A stretch of 62,082 nt of DNA, filler included. It is 7 parts of 7 records of this genome, joined end to end, with 100 filler letters (N's around TTAATTAATTAA, not from the genome) between each part and the next. Parts side by side here need not be neighbours in the genome. Positions count along the whole stretch, not along the records: positions 39,759 to 50,763 come from SRR31147125_1927; positions 50,864 to 56,130 come from SRR31147125_1991; 5 more parts are not named here. One strand, given 5' to 3'. Every line of letters begins with the position of its first letter. Within the stretch, counting starts at the first letter, position 1. Made by a program: the position numbers and the translations under genes. The notes below the pieces were generated by a model that searched no databases, was not told the origin of the DNA, and saw only the letters and a program-made list of their open reading frames with translations. Shown one piece after another: positions 41,220 through 54,325 of this stretch.

Positions 41220-42905
41220 TTAATTTATTCCAGCTCTCTTCATATAGTCAGTATATTTTTTATCTACAATTACAATATGTTTTATAAGCCATTCTTTTAA
41301 GAATTGAATAATCTTAACAGATAGTAACATTTCCCCTGATTCCAGTTCCTTTTGAAACTCAATAATCTTATTAACAAACATTCTATGTGATTTTTCCTGT
41401 TCAGCTAATCCAGGATAATTTACTTGTTTCATAAGATTCTCCTCATGCTTAAAATGTTTCTCTGTATAATCAATTAAACCTTGGATAATTTTACTGATTA
41501 TACTTGAGCTTTTACCTTGAAGCATAGCTTCATTTAAGTCATTAATCAGATCAAATAACCTTTTATGCTCATCATCCATTTTATCAATGTATACACTATA
41601 ATCATCAGACCACTCTACAGCTTTATTTTGTTGAATCTCAAGATTATCTGAAATTTTGAAATTTTTAACTAAATTATTAAGAGCATCAGATACCTCTGAT
41701 AAATTTCCTGAATAAGTAGTCGTTTGCTTTAACGTATCTTCAATTGATTCTGTGGAAAGAAGTTGATCATTTGATAGATTACTAATCTCAATACTTTGAT
41801 TTGAGATTTCATCCATAGCTACATTTATTTCATCTACAGATTGTTTTTGCTCTCTAATTGATCTGGATATCTCCTCAACTTCTCTATTTGTTGTTTGAAC
41901 TTTATTTATAATATCTAGGATTTTTTCGTTAGTTTCCTGTGTGATTTTTCTTCCATTTTGAACTTGATCATAACCACTCTTTGTTAAGGTAACAAGCTCC
42001 TTAACCTCGGCTTGTATTGATTTTACAAGTGCTTCAATCTCACTTGTAGCCTCAGTAGAGTTATTAGCAAGCTTTCTAACTTCATCTGCAACTATCGAGA
42101 AACCTCTTCCTGCTTCTCCAGCTCTTGCAGCTTCTATAGCAGCATTAAGTGATAATAAGCCTGTTTGTTCAGTGATCTTGTTAATCATATCAACTATTTG
42201 GAAAATTTTCTCAGATGAGCTTTCCAAGACAAGTGCTTTTTCTTCAATGTTTTGAACACTTACCTCAATATTTTTGAACTCATCTATATTTTGTACAATT
42301 TTCTCTTCTCCTTCTTTTGCCAGAGTGTTAGTTTCCGAAGCAATTTCTTTTGTTTTCTGTGCTCTATCGTCAATAATGCTTATTGAGTTTGAGATTTCAG
42401 TAATACTCGCAGCAGCTTCTTGAGAATAGGCTGTTTGATTATTTACATTTTCCAGGATATTTTGCATTTTACTTCTTAATGCATCTAAATGGTTACTATT
42501 ATTATTGTTTTTTAAAGTATCAGATAAATTCTTAGATAAATTTATTGATGAGTCAACAACCTTTTCACTGGTTAAATTAATTTTAGCAATAACTTGTTCT
42601 AACTGTCCAATAAAGCTATTGAAATATTCAGAAATCTCACCAGTTTCATCATTAGAGTTTATATCTAATTTTAATGTTAAATCACCTTTACCATCTGCTA
42701 AATCTTGAAGTGCCTTAGAAATTTTAGCAATATTTGTTCTAAATTTTAATGAAAAAAGAAGTGTAATACCAACATTAATGATAATTGAAATTGGAGCTGA
42801 TAATAATGGATTTTTAAGAACTAAACTTATTCCAAAAGTAATTATTGTGATTAATGTTACCAGTAAAACAAATTTTAATGTAATAGAAATTGTTATATTT
42901 TTCAT
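41220..42905 (-). CDS. Methyl-accepting chemotaxis protein with C-terminal bacteriohemerythrin
   Basis: Two TMs, [34 protein letters not shown]; hemerythrin [28 protein letters not shown]. Confidence 0.93.
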   Translation of the reverse strand: MKNITISITLKFVLLVTLITIITFGISLVLKNPLLSAPISIIINVGITLLFSLKFRTNIAKISKALQDLADGKGDLTLKLDINSNDETGEISEYFNSFIGQLEQVIAKINLTSEKVVDSSINLSKNLSDTLKNNNNSNHLDALRSKMQNILENVNNQTAYSQEAAASITEISNSISIIDDRAQKTKEIASETNTLAKEGEEKIVQNIDEFKNIEVSVQNIEEKALVLESSSEKIFQIVDMINKITEQTGLLSLNAAIEAARAGEAGRGFSIVADEVRKLANNSTEATSEIEALVKSIQAEVKELVTLTKSGYDQVQNGRKITQETNEKILDIINKVQTTNREVEEISRSIREQKQSVDEINVAMDEISNQSIEISNLSNDQLLSTESIEDTLKQTTTYSGNLSEVSDALNNLVKNFKISDNLEIQQNKAVEWSDDYSVYIDKMDDEHKRLFDLINDLNEAMLQGKSSSIISKIIQGLIDYTEKHFKHEENLMKQVNYPGLAEQEKSHRMFVNKIIEFQKELESGEMLLSVKIIQFLKEWLIKHIVIVDKKYTDYMKRAGIN

Positions 42906-43631
42906 AGTGCTTCCCCTTTATTCTGGATGTATATAACCCTACACAAGACATTATGTAAAGCCCTTTATATAGTTATACCATCTTCTAATTTGTAATTATT
43001 ACAATAATGATATCATTAAAATAATAACTCTGTCAAGCCCGTATCAAGGAAGCTCTTATTTATCCACTTATAAACAACTATCACACAGTTTAAATTTGCT
43101 TATATGACTAGTTAATTTACTTAATATATTTACAAAAACTAAAAAATCAGTAAATTCATAATTTTATTACTGACTTTTTTAACTATATAATTATTAAATT
43201 AATTTAGCTAAAATGACTTCTTCTCTCATAAACGATTATTAGTATATATAAGTGATTAGTTCTAATATAAATTTAGCTAATTTTATAATTTCGCTACGTT
43301 GTTCAATTTATGTTTATGTCACAAATTATAAAAAAAGTAGTAAATAATTCTAAGCAGCTAGATAGGTTTGTTGCATTTAGCATTCTTAGCTTGTTATTAT
43401 TTATATTTCTAATTGCATTGATGTTATTTCAAATGAAAATTACACTATAATTATATTGAATCCTTCACGTAACTTGAGTGAAGATTTTTTCATTTCTCAC
43501 CCTTCAAAGTAAACAAAGTAAAGTTTTCCGTTTAGAAAATGAAGGAAATAGAAAATAAAACTGTATAGCAAATTAAAGGGAAAAGTATTTTTTTGAGCTT
43601 TTTAATCTTATGAATATTTGGGGTGATATAA

Positions 43632-46600
43632 ATGGGAAATAACACTATGAATTGGCTAAAAAAGAAAATGCTCTATCTGCTTAACTCATTATTGATAGCT
43701 AGTATTTTTATACTCCTAATAATACCTGTTTTTTCTAAAGAAAATATAGATATTAACAATCCTAATAATTTAAATAATCATACAAATGCGAAACTTTATT
43801 ATACACTAACAGAGAATGAGATAAAATGGCTAAAGAATAATCCCACTATTACAGTCAGTAATGAGCTGAATTACCCACCTTTTGATTTCGCTATTGGTGG
43901 CGAAGCCCAAGGATATTCTATTGAGTTATTAAATCTGTTACTAAGAGATTTAAAAATAGAGATAAAGTATGTAAATGGTTATACTTGGAGCGAGCTAGTT
44001 GAAATGTTTAAAGAAGGAAAAATTGATCTTCTTCATTCATTATATAAAACACCAGAAAGAGAAAAAATTGGAATTTTCTCCGACTATTACAAAAGATCAA
44101 GACTCCATTTCGTTACTAAATTAAGGAATCCTGAAATTAAAAACATGAGTGAACTAAAAGGTAAAACTATTGCCGTTGGAAAGGGATGGATGCAAGAAGA
44201 ATTCATTCGAAAAAATTATCCTGAAATCAAAATCCTAACTTATAACAATATAAGTGAGATATTAGATGCTGTTGAATTTGGAAAAGCTTATGCTGCTTTT
44301 AATAACATTGATGTATTGAAATATTTTATTAATAAAAAAATTAAACCATTTAAAAATTTCTGAATGGGTAGAGGAATTAGATTCTCAGTCAGTAGTTAAT
44401 TATCATTTTTTAGGTCAAAAAAACTCTCCTGAACTTATATCTATTCTTAATAAGGCTATTGGAAACATTAGCATCGATGAGTTAAATAATCTAAATAAAA
44501 AATGGTTTGGTGCGGAAATATATATAAATAATAATTTAAATCTTACTAGTGAGGAGCTAAGGTGGTTACAAGGACATCAAAAAATCCGTGTTCATAATGA
44601 AGAAGAATGGGCTCCATATAACTTTAAAAAGAATGGTAAAGCTAAGGGCTATTCTATCGATTTTATGAATATTATCGGTAAAAAATTAGGTTTAAAGATT
44701 GAGTATGTTTCAGGAGAAAATTGGAATGAATTTTTAGACTTATCAAAGAAAAAAGAGATTGATGTTATTTTAAATGTTGGAAAAAATGGGGAAAGAGATG
44801 AATATTTAAGTTTTACGTCTCCATATCTCTCTATGTCTCCCAGAATAGTTCATCGAAAAAGTAGAAAAACTTATAAAAGTTTTAAGGACTTGGATGGTAA
44901 AAAAATTGCCGCAGTTGAGGGTTTCAATTCTACATACTTTTTAATGCAACAATTTCCAGATTATGAAATCGCTATCTTTCCAGGTACTTTAACTGCTGTT
45001 CTTTCAATTATAAATGGTGATACAGACGCCATGATTGGGGATTACGCAGTTATTAACTATATTATTAAGGAAAATAGTCTTTCCCATTTAACTATCTCAC
45101 CTCCTATTATTCTAGAAGAAGAAGTTGATTTGAATCTATATATTGGTGTTAGAAAAGACTGGCAAATATTAACTAAAATTCTTAATAAGGCGATTGAAAA
45201 CTTAAGTTCTCAGGATTATTTTGAATTACAATACAGGTGGCTAACTTCGTATGAAGAATTACCGTTAAATGAAATTAGTCAAGGTAGTTATTTTATTAGT
45301 ATCATTGGCGCCATAATGATACTATTTTTTACATTTATTGGATTATTTTTTCTATATAGAACTTTTTCAAATGAACAGTTATTAAAAAATTTTAAAAATA
45401 AAAATTTTAGAATACTTACTGCACTTGGCACATCAATAATGATTTTTTTAGTCACTATTCTGGTTTTCAGTACATTAGATAGAAATAAAGAGATTACTAT
45501 GAAAAGTATTGAAAATGAGCTAAAAATTATAATAAAAACAACCAATGAGAATAATGACCTCTGGATGCAAGAGCATTTAAACTTATTAAATCAACTTGGA
45601 CGTGATATTGAGCTTATTGCTATTGCGAAAAGATTATTGCGCGTTCCAACAGATGCAGCTTCTCTCAGAAACTCTATCGAACTAAAGGAAGCTAGAGAAT
45701 TTATTGCCGCTAGAGAAAACGAGCTTGGACAAATAGGTTTCTTCATTATAAATCCAGATAATATAAGTATCGCTTCTCGTAGAGATACTAATTTAGGTAC
45801 AGAGAATTTAATTTCTCAACAAAAACCCAGATTATTAAAACAAGCATTTCAAGGTAAAGCAGTATTTATACCACCTATTCATAGTGATGTTGACATCTAT
45901 ACAGATGTCATGTTTGAAGATGAAGATTATAGCAAAAGACCTTTGACAATGTTTTTTACTGCTCCAATTAGAGACTCTAATGGGAAGGTTATCGCTGTAA
46001 TTGCACAACGTTTAATCCCCAATGAACAGTTGTCAAGAAATATGCTTGTTGGACAAATAGGAGCATCTGGAGAGACGTATTTGATAAATTCACAAGGGCA
46101 AATTGTTACAAATAGTAGGTTTCTATATCAACTAAAGAATTTGGAATTACTAGACTACAATAAGGAGTTCAATCAAACTATTGAAGTAAGAGACCCTGGT
46201 GTAAATCTGTTAAATGGAAATAATCCCCTACTACCTCGTTCTGAACAACCATTTACAAAGATATCTCAGAAACTCTTAAAGCTTGCTGAAGATATGAAAG
46301 ACAGCAAGCTATGGGTTGATCATAGGGAATTTATCGTTGATATGAGTGCTTATCGCGACTATAGAGGTGTTCCAGTATTCGGAGTTGGTTTTTGGGAAAA
46401 ACATCTCGAGATGGGAATGATTACCGAGATAGATGTTGCAGAAGCCCTCTCAGGTTATTATACTCTTAGGTTCTCTATTCTGTTAATAACTTCTACAACT
46501 TTACTACTTTTAATAATGGGAATTTCCATATCAGTGATTTTAGGTGAAAAAACAACTACTGTTTTATTGGAAAATAAAAAAGAGCTAGAAAAGAGAGTTG

Positions 46601-49596
46601 AGAAGAGAACCATTGAGTTAAAAGATGCTCAGGAACATTTTAGTAAAGTGTTGGAGGCAGCTCCAGACGGAATTTTAGTTATTGATGATAAAGGGTTTAT
46701 TACACTAGTTAATGCTCAAGCTGAAAATCTTTTTGGTCTAAGCAAGTCAAAGCTAATAGGTAGTAGAATTGATGAGCTAATCATATATGAAAATATTGAG
46801 TTTGGAAATGACTTAATCTTACAACATTCAAGTGGAAGAAACATCCCCATTGATATAAATTTGAGCCCCTTAAATACAGCGAAAGGAACTATAACTATAG
46901 CAGTAATCAGAGATATCTCAGTGCGAAAAGAGAGTGAAAAAGAGCTAAGGAAATTATCTCGAGCCGTTGAGGAGAGTCCTGTAGTCATAATGATCACAGA
47001 TAAAGATGGAACTATTGAATATGTTAATCACTATTTTAGCTCTGTATCTGGTTATAGCCGAGAAGAGGCTATTGGTAAAAACCCTAGAATAGTCAAATCC
47101 GGACATCATTCGAATGAATATTATGAAAAGTTATGGACTACAATTTTATCTGGTAAAGAGTGGAAGGGAGATTTTGAAAACAGGAAGAAAAATGGAGAAT
47201 TATATTGGGAATCTGTTTCAATATCACCTATCTTCGACTCAAAAGGCGATATCCTGAACTTTATAGGGATTAAAAGGGATATCACCGAACGAAAAATAAT
47301 GGAAGAAGAACTGATAAAAGCGAAAGAGGAGGCTGAAGTAGCCACAAAAGCAAAATCAGATTTTCTAGCTAATATGAGTCACGAAATTAGAACTCCAATG
47401 AACGCTATACTTGGAATGAGTCACCTGGCACTAAAGACTGATCTAAGTCCTAAACAAAACGATTATATTCAGAAAATCGATAATTCCGCTCAATCACTAC
47501 TTGGAATAATAAATGATATTCTTGATTTCTCAAAAATTGAAGCTGGAAAATTAAATATAGAAATTATTGATTTTAACCTTAACGTGGTTATGACCAACCT
47601 TACCAATCTTATGTTTAATAAAATACAAGAGAAAAGGCTGGAGTTTATCCTAGACATTCATCATGATACACCTCTGCATCTCCAGGGTGATCCACTTCGT
47701 TTAGGTCAAATTCTGCTAAATTTGGTAAATAATGCTGTTAAATTTACTGAAAAGGGAGAGATAGTTGTAAAGGTATCTACTCTATCTCAAATAGATAATG
47801 AAGTCGAGTTACAGTTTTCAGTACGTGATACTGGTATAGGTTTAAGTGAGATTCAAAAAAATAAACTATTTCAATCATTTGAACAAGCAGATGTATCAAC
47901 AACTAGGAAATATGGAGGTACCGGACTTGGTTTGGCTATCTGTAAAAATCTCGTAGAGATGATGAATGGTAGTATTCATGTTGAGAGTAAAAGAGATATA
48001 GGAAGTAATTTTATTTTCACAGCTAAATTCACTATTTCACGCAACAAAGAAGAGAAAAAACTTGAAACTCCTAAATCACTGGAAAATCTAAAAATTATGG
48101 TTATTGATGATAACTATACATTTAGACAGTTAATGAAAGTATATCTGAAAAATTTTGGTTTCTCTGTTCTAACAGTAGATTCTGGTATTAATGCAATTAA
48201 TGTATTAGAAAATACAATTAATGAAAAGCAAAGACTCTTTGACCTGATATTTATTGATTGGCAGATGAACGGTATTGATGGAATTGAGACATTTAACAGA
48301 ATTAACAAAATAAATACTTACGATCCTAAGCCAAAAACTATTCTCATGTCTGGCTTTAATCCTGAGCAAGCAGAAGGATTAACTAAACTCTTTGGTTTTG
48401 GCTCTTTCCTCTCAAAGCCAATTAGTGAATCTCGGCTTTATGATTCGATAATGGAAATCTTTGGATTTGAAGTTACAAATAAAATGAGGCAAGATAGAAG
48501 AATAATAAATAAACCAGATGGTTTTGAGAATATCAGAGGAGCAAACATCCTTTTAGTTGAGGATAACCCCGTCAATCAACAAGTGGCCACTGAACTATTA
48601 GAAGCAGAAGGCTTCTACGTAGATATTGCAGATAACGGACAAGTTGCCATTGATATTTTAGAAAATAGAAACACTGAAGAGATGTATGATCTGGTTTTAA
48701 TGGATCTACAGATGCCAATAATGGATGGCTATACCGCAACTCAATCATTAAGAAATGATGATAGATTCAAAGAATTAGCAATTATTGCTATGACCGCTGA
48801 TGCGATGAGTGGAGTTAAAGAAAAGGTTGCTAAAACGGGTATGAATGATTACGTAACAAAACCAATCAACCCGCCTGCCCTCTTCAAAACATTAGTAAAC
48901 TGGATAAAAGCAGGAGAACGAACGCTACCTTCTGAGTATATAGAAAATCTAAAGAAAAACAATTATGAAGAGGAGCCTATCATTCTTCCTGGTTTTGATA
49001 CAAAACATGCAGTTTTAAGAGTTGGCGGTAAAGTTTCTACATACAAAAAAACTCTGCAAAAAGTATTGGAAAATGAAAGAGATGCTGTAGAGAGATTGAA
49101 AGATAGCTTAAACAGTGGAGAACATGAAACTGCACTTAGAATTGCTCACACTATCAAAGGAGTTGCTGGGAATATTGGTGCTGTTTCATTACAGTTAGTT
49201 GCTCTGGAGCTTGAAACAAGCCTGTCGAAAAATATCACTCAAATACCGCAAGAGTTAGTTGAACCATTTATAAAGATATTTAACGAAAGCATTAGCATAA
49301 TTGACGAAGCTCTTAAATCCAATATAAGTAAATTGAACAAAAATGAAAATTCACATAGTGGTGAATCTGAGATTGATCTAGTTACTGTCGAAAAATTAAC
49401 AAGTAGCTTAGCTGAAAAAATAGAGAATTTTGACTCATCTGCCACAGAAACCATTGAAGAGATTATTCTCAAAATTAAAGGAACTAGTTTTGAAACTATC
49501 GCTTCAGAGTTAGCAAAAGCTCTCGAAAATTATGATTTTGACACTGCTGAGGAACTATTACAAAAACTTATCAATGAAATAAAGGAGGCTCTATAA
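43632..49596 (+). CDS. Large hybrid histidine kinase (2x PBPb, Cache-like, 2x PAS, HisKA, HATPase, 2x REC, Hpt); frameshift at A7 44334-44340
   Basis: PPFDF..GYSIE and WAPYNF..GYSIDF domains; FLANMSHEIRTPMN, GDPLRL.QIL.NL..NAVKFT, GGTGLGL, two receivers, AHTIKG; the downstream frame is open from 44341. Confidence 0.9.
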
Positions 49597-50681
49597 TGGA
49601 AAATAACACTAAACTAACCGTCTTAGTTGTTGATGATACTCCTACTAATATAGATATCGTCAAGGGAGTGTTATCAAAATCATACCTCGTTCAAGCTGCT
49701 GTTAATGGATCCATGGCACTTAGAATACTGTCCAAGAAAAAGCCGGATATCATTCTTCTTGATGTCATGATGCCCGAAATGGATGGTTATGAAGTGTGTC
49801 GACAGATAAAAAGTCAGGATAATTTAAAGGATATCCCAATTATTTTTTTAACAGCAAAAAGTGAAATTGATGACGAAATTAAAGGGCTTAGTCTTGGAGC
49901 AGTTGATTATATAACCAAACCAATAAGTCCAGTAATTTTAGAAAAAAGGGTGGAAAATCATCTGGAGTTAGTTAATTCGAGAAATGCACTAAAAAAACAA
50001 AATGAGATATTAGAGAAAAAAGTTGGAGAACGTACACAACAGATGGAGGAGTTGCAGGATGTTACAATGGTTGCAATGGGCGCACTAGCTGAATCTCGCG
50101 ACCCTGATACTGGAAATCACATTAGAAGAACTCAACATTTTGTACGCTTGCTAGCAAATAAATTAAAAAATCATCCTAGGTTTAGTTCATTTTTAACACC
50201 GGAAAATATTACTTTAATTTTTAAATCTGCCCCTTTGCATGATATTGGTAAAGTTGGGGTTTCAGACAAAATATTACTTAAGCCAGGTAAGTTAACTATA
50301 GAGGAGTTTGATGAAGTTAAATTACATACTCGCTATGGGAGAGATGCAATTGTTTCAGCTGAAAAGCTAATTAAAAAATCTCCTAATTTTTTAATCTATG
50401 TTAAAGAAATTGCTTACTACCATCATGAAAAATGGGATGGGACTGGTTATCCAGAGGGTTTAAAAGGTGATGAAATCCCAATCTCTGCAAGATTAATGGC
50501 TCTTGCTGATGTTTATGATGCCTTAGTCAGTCGACGAGTGTATAAAGCACCTTTTAGTCACAATGAAGCTATTGAAATAATCTCAGAGGATAGAGGCACT
50601 CACTTCGATCCTGACATAGTTGACGCATTTTTAGCTATTTCAGATGATTTCAAGCTTATTTCAGATACATACGAGGACTAG
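49596..50681 (+). CDS. REC-HD-GYP c-di-GMP phosphodiesterase (RpfG-like)
   Basis: Receiver LLDVMMP; TGNHIRR, LHDIGK, HHEKWDGTGYP, ADVYDAL, HFDP. Confidence 0.95.
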   Translation: MENNTKLTVLVVDDTPTNIDIVKGVLSKSYLVQAAVNGSMALRILSKKKPDIILLDVMMPEMDGYEVCRQIKSQDNLKDIPIIFLTAKSEIDDEIKGLSLGAVDYITKPISPVILEKRVENHLELVNSRNALKKQNEILEKKVGERTQQMEELQDVTMVAMGALAESRDPDTGNHIRRTQHFVRLLANKLKNHPRFSSFLTPENITLIFKSAPLHDIGKVGVSDKILLKPGKLTIEEFDEVKLHTRYGRDAIVSAEKLIKKSPNFLIYVKEIAYYHHEKWDGTGYPEGLKGDEIPISARLMALADVYDALVSRRVYKAPFSHNEAIEIISEDRGTHFDPDIVDAFLAISDDFKLISDTYED

Positions 50682-50763
50682 AGCTTACAGAGTAATTTAA
50701 GATTAATGAAGTAAAATTCTAAAAAGAGCTTTGCTTAAAATACATAGAGTATTTTTTAGAACA

Positions 50764-50863
50764 NNNNNNNNNNNNNNNNNNNNNNNNNNNNNNNNNNNNN
50801 NNNNNNNTTAATTAATTAANNNNNNNNNNNNNNNNNNNNNNNNNNNNNNNNNNNNNNNNNNNN
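50764..50863. other. Artificial contig linker
   Basis: N44-TTAATTAATTAA-N44. Confidence 0.99.
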
Positions 50864-51225
50864 AGTCCGCCATGGTAGGACATCCCCGAAATGCCGGTAA
50901 AACGCACACCGCCCTGGAACTGAAACGGCAGGATAATCTCCAGGGGATGGGCAGCGTAGTAGGACGCATTGTAGAACAGGACATACCCCAGTCGTGCACC
51001 TATAATCAGGCCGATAATCATTGCCGTCATCACCCCCTGGAGGTGCTCGACGGACACCGTCCACCCCTTCTCGCTCTTCAGTCGATATCGGGCGACCATG
51101 TAGGTCGTGGCGAAAGCGACCAGGTACATCAAGCCGTAGTACTGCAAACGGAAGCTGCCGATTTGAAATATGACCGGGTCAATCTGTCCGGGCAGATGTT
51201 GCCACCAATGCCAAAAAGCGTTCAT
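50864..51225 (-). CDS. lgt: Prolipoprotein diacylglyceryl transferase, 5' fragment
   Basis: IDPVIFQIG, YYGLMYL, IGARLGYVLFY, GMSYHGG. Confidence 0.93.
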
Positions 51226-51258
51226 GTTGATTCTTCTCCAATATAGGTTCAAAGGGGG

Positions 51259-53792
51259 CTAAAGCGGCCGCCCGATCTGGATCAGAAAGACCGGCTCGTC
51301 CTGCCCAAGTCCGTCTGGTTGTATGAGGGGCCAGGCCAATCCGATGCGGAAGTTGGCCATGATCCCCCAGGCGATCTCCATTCCCATGATCAATTCAATA
51401 CCGGCCCCGACCAGTATATCTTCACTGGACGGTCGTTCGTCGGCCACGCCGGCATCTGCGAAGGTTCCCAGGTGGATATTATGTAGAAACAGCGGCAGCG
51501 TCTTGTAGCCGGTCTGTAGTCTGAATAGAGGCCAGAAAATTTCTATGCCGCCGGATGCAACCTGCCCGGCCTCAAGGGCATTGTCGTCAAAGCCGCTCAG
51601 GTAAAAGAGGCGGCTGGATCTCTGGGTAAAAAAACCTTCACCTGTGTTTCCCCCGATCCGGAAGGTGGTATGGCCTTCCTTTAAATCTCCCCATGTTTTA
51701 CCTGCCTGGAGGGTAATGGCCGTGTTGATGCGCTCTCCGAAACGGTAGAGCATTTCACCATAAAGAGATTGGCTGTCTTCTGTAAAAAGATCAAGCGTTA
51801 CCGATGTACGCAAATGGGTTGACGCATATCTATAGTTGATTGACCCCCACCACTCATCCTGGGAATCACCGCGATCGTACCTTGGCGCGTAGTGCCGCCA
51901 ATTGGCCGATATTTGCAGCTGCTCGAATTGCACCGGTGACCAACCCAGTTTGGTGTCCTGGCGGATTTCGTTTACCCCTGTGCCGCGAAGGGTCGTATAG
52001 CTGAAGGGGTAGTGTGAGGTGCGCAGTTGCCAAGTCCCGAGTGTCGCACCAAGGCGCCAGGAGAACAGTTCATCATCCAATGAATATCGGATTCCGGCAT
52101 CCCAGGCGTACCTTCCGGTGACATCTTTTCCATGTGTTGCCAGCCCGATCTGGAAACTTTCTGTGTCGATGAAGATATCCGGTGAGATGTAGTTGGGCCA
52201 CAGCGTACTGAAGGGGGAGTAGGTGCGCGGCCTTCCGGAGTCGATTGTGCCGGTTGCCCCTTCAGATGTCTCTTCAGAAATAGGATCAACTTCTACCACT
52301 GGCGCCAGTGTTGTCGTATCCTCTGCCTTTAAGTCGGCTGTCTGCCAACCGGCAGACCCAAGTTGGAGGTATTTGTCTCCTCTGGGCATGATTGCGGCAT
52401 GGTCATCAAAAGTCAGTTGCAGCATGGTGTTGCTGTGGATCTGAAACCGGCCGCTGATGTTGGAAGCAAAGAGCAGTTTTCCATTGGAGAGCCAAGGATC
52501 CATCTCGACGCTCGGCGCGTTCGTTATCCGGTGCCATGATCCGTCGAACAGCCAGATATCCCAGTTGCCGCCGATGTTTGCGGCAACTGCAATGCGACCC
52601 TTTTCGTCCCTCACAGGGCCGGAGAACTGAATTGCGCCGGGGGTGGATCAATTTGCCTCTGTTTGGGCAGTGGCACCTTGCGATCTTCAGGGAAGTACTC
52701 CGGAAAGATAGTGAGGAGGGGCTGCGCCCCACGGCGCGTAACAGCAACCCCACCGTACCCGGGATCCCATATATGTTTGTTTGCGGCCCTGTTGACCGCG
52801 TCGCCCTTTTGAGACAGTAAACGGGAAACACCGCGGGTGTCATATGCACTGATCCACACTCGACCCTGTGAGTCTACGGCACCATAACGACTTCGAAGGG
52901 CATTGGACAGCTTGCCCGGATAGACCCCCATATCGTTCCAATAGACAAAAGGATCATGCCAGTAGCCTAAAATGGGCAGACCCGGGTGCATGGAGACAGC
53001 GTTTTCCTTCTCTTTGCGAAATGCTTCCCACAACCGGCTCCAACTCTTTCCATAAATGGTGTTTGCTTCCCTATCGATCTCAATGGGAACAATGCCGGCA
53101 CCATGCAGCGTTAAAATCGCATGAAGTTTTTCCCATCCATATTGGCGATCGAGCCATTTGATAAAGGGTCTGCCGTAGATGCGATGGCTGAACCTGCCCG
53201 GCCAGACTTCAGGGTGGTTGCTCACTTTATCAAGGTTGGGAAAAAGTCCGTTCTGGAAGATGGTGTCGGCAAGAGGGGTGGATACCGGGCTTTGATTGAA
53301 TTTTTCGAACAGCAAAAAGCCGATGCCTTCGATTCCCCACTCCGGCAAAATCAGATTGGGAGAGATGATTTCGCCGAAAAATGTGTGCAGTGCCCCAGGA
53401 ATGCCTGATCTGATGTTGTAGATTGCCTGGGCGCTCAACCCCATAAAAAGAAAATAGCGCCAGGGATTCGGTTCAAACGCGCCATCTTCGAGTACGCCGG
53501 GGGCCCTGAGGGGGATTCGCACCTCTCTATGGGGGTACATGAAGACTCGGGCTTTGGGCTGATCCAAGTGGTCATCCAATACAATGTGCAGCGGCGTCTT
53601 TACCGGCATTCCCTTCCCAGCCAGAAATGAAGCGGCAGGGCCACATTCAGACAGCAGCTCTGAAGCGAGGTGTTCCTGCCCTTCAGGATAGTATACGAAG
53701 AATTTGTTTTGCTCGAGAACTTCCAGGGCAAATGCCGGGTTATAAAGGAGGAGCAGGGTAATCAGGGTTATCAGGTGGACCAAGTTTCTCAT
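51259..53792 (-). CDS. Outer-membrane protein: degenerate peptidase-MA-like domain, PD40 propeller, Omp85-like barrel; frameshift at G5 52639-52643
   Basis: Signal peptide; PEWGIEGIG; GNWDIW and SGRFQI repeats; amphipathic strands ending FLIQIGRPL; one extra base gives PPPGAIQFSGPVRDEKG. Confidence 0.65.
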
Positions 53793-54185
53793 ATTCTATT
53801 GCAGCGCCTTTGCATGTTCAATGGTTCAGTTGCCGATTGCATGCCATTCCAAGAGCGTCTTTTGGCCCATCATCATTGTTGACATCCTGTTATAACACCT
53901 TGCTGCAGGTCAGCGTATCCGTGGGGCAAACCAAGGCGTCGTAGCGGTCCTGCATTTGCTCCCGATTATGAGATGGCTGGTACTGTAGCGGCAAAACGGG
54001 GAAAAGTAAAACAGCGTGGACGGACCCCGGTGGGGAAGAACGGTTCATATTGTGTTGCCGGGACAAACGGGTCGATGCCCCGGCATATGTGCAAAAAAGG
54101 TGCATTTTTGTTCAAACGTGCAATTTTTTTCCGGCTATCGGGTGGTGAATAGGGAAATATTATTAAAATACAGCCACATGAATTC

Positions 54186-54201
54186 TGGCATATCTATTGC
54201 T
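54186..54201 (+). promoter_or_regulatory. Sigma54 (-24/-12) promoter
   Basis: TGGCATATCTATTGCT, exact GG-N10-GC spacing, 125 nt upstream of the PilZ-like gene. Confidence 0.7.
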
Positions 54202-54325
54202 GACGATTTTTCATAGCCGGTCCAAGCTTGACGCATTTCCATAATCAGAAGGTACAGACCGGCAACCGCAACCTGATGCAGCCGCATCAGTTTTTCATCG
54301 AATTGATATATATTTTAGAAAGGAA

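Noticed and set aside
42906-43631. Riboswitch or sRNA in the 725-nt AT-rich divergent intergenic region
   Set aside because: Only weak AT-rich hairpins (about 43141-43180 and 43459-43490); no c-di-GMP or other aptamer signature recognised.
53890-54216. ORFs 53890..54105 and 54016..54216
   Set aside because: They lie in the divergent control region containing the sigma54 site and show no protein-like features.
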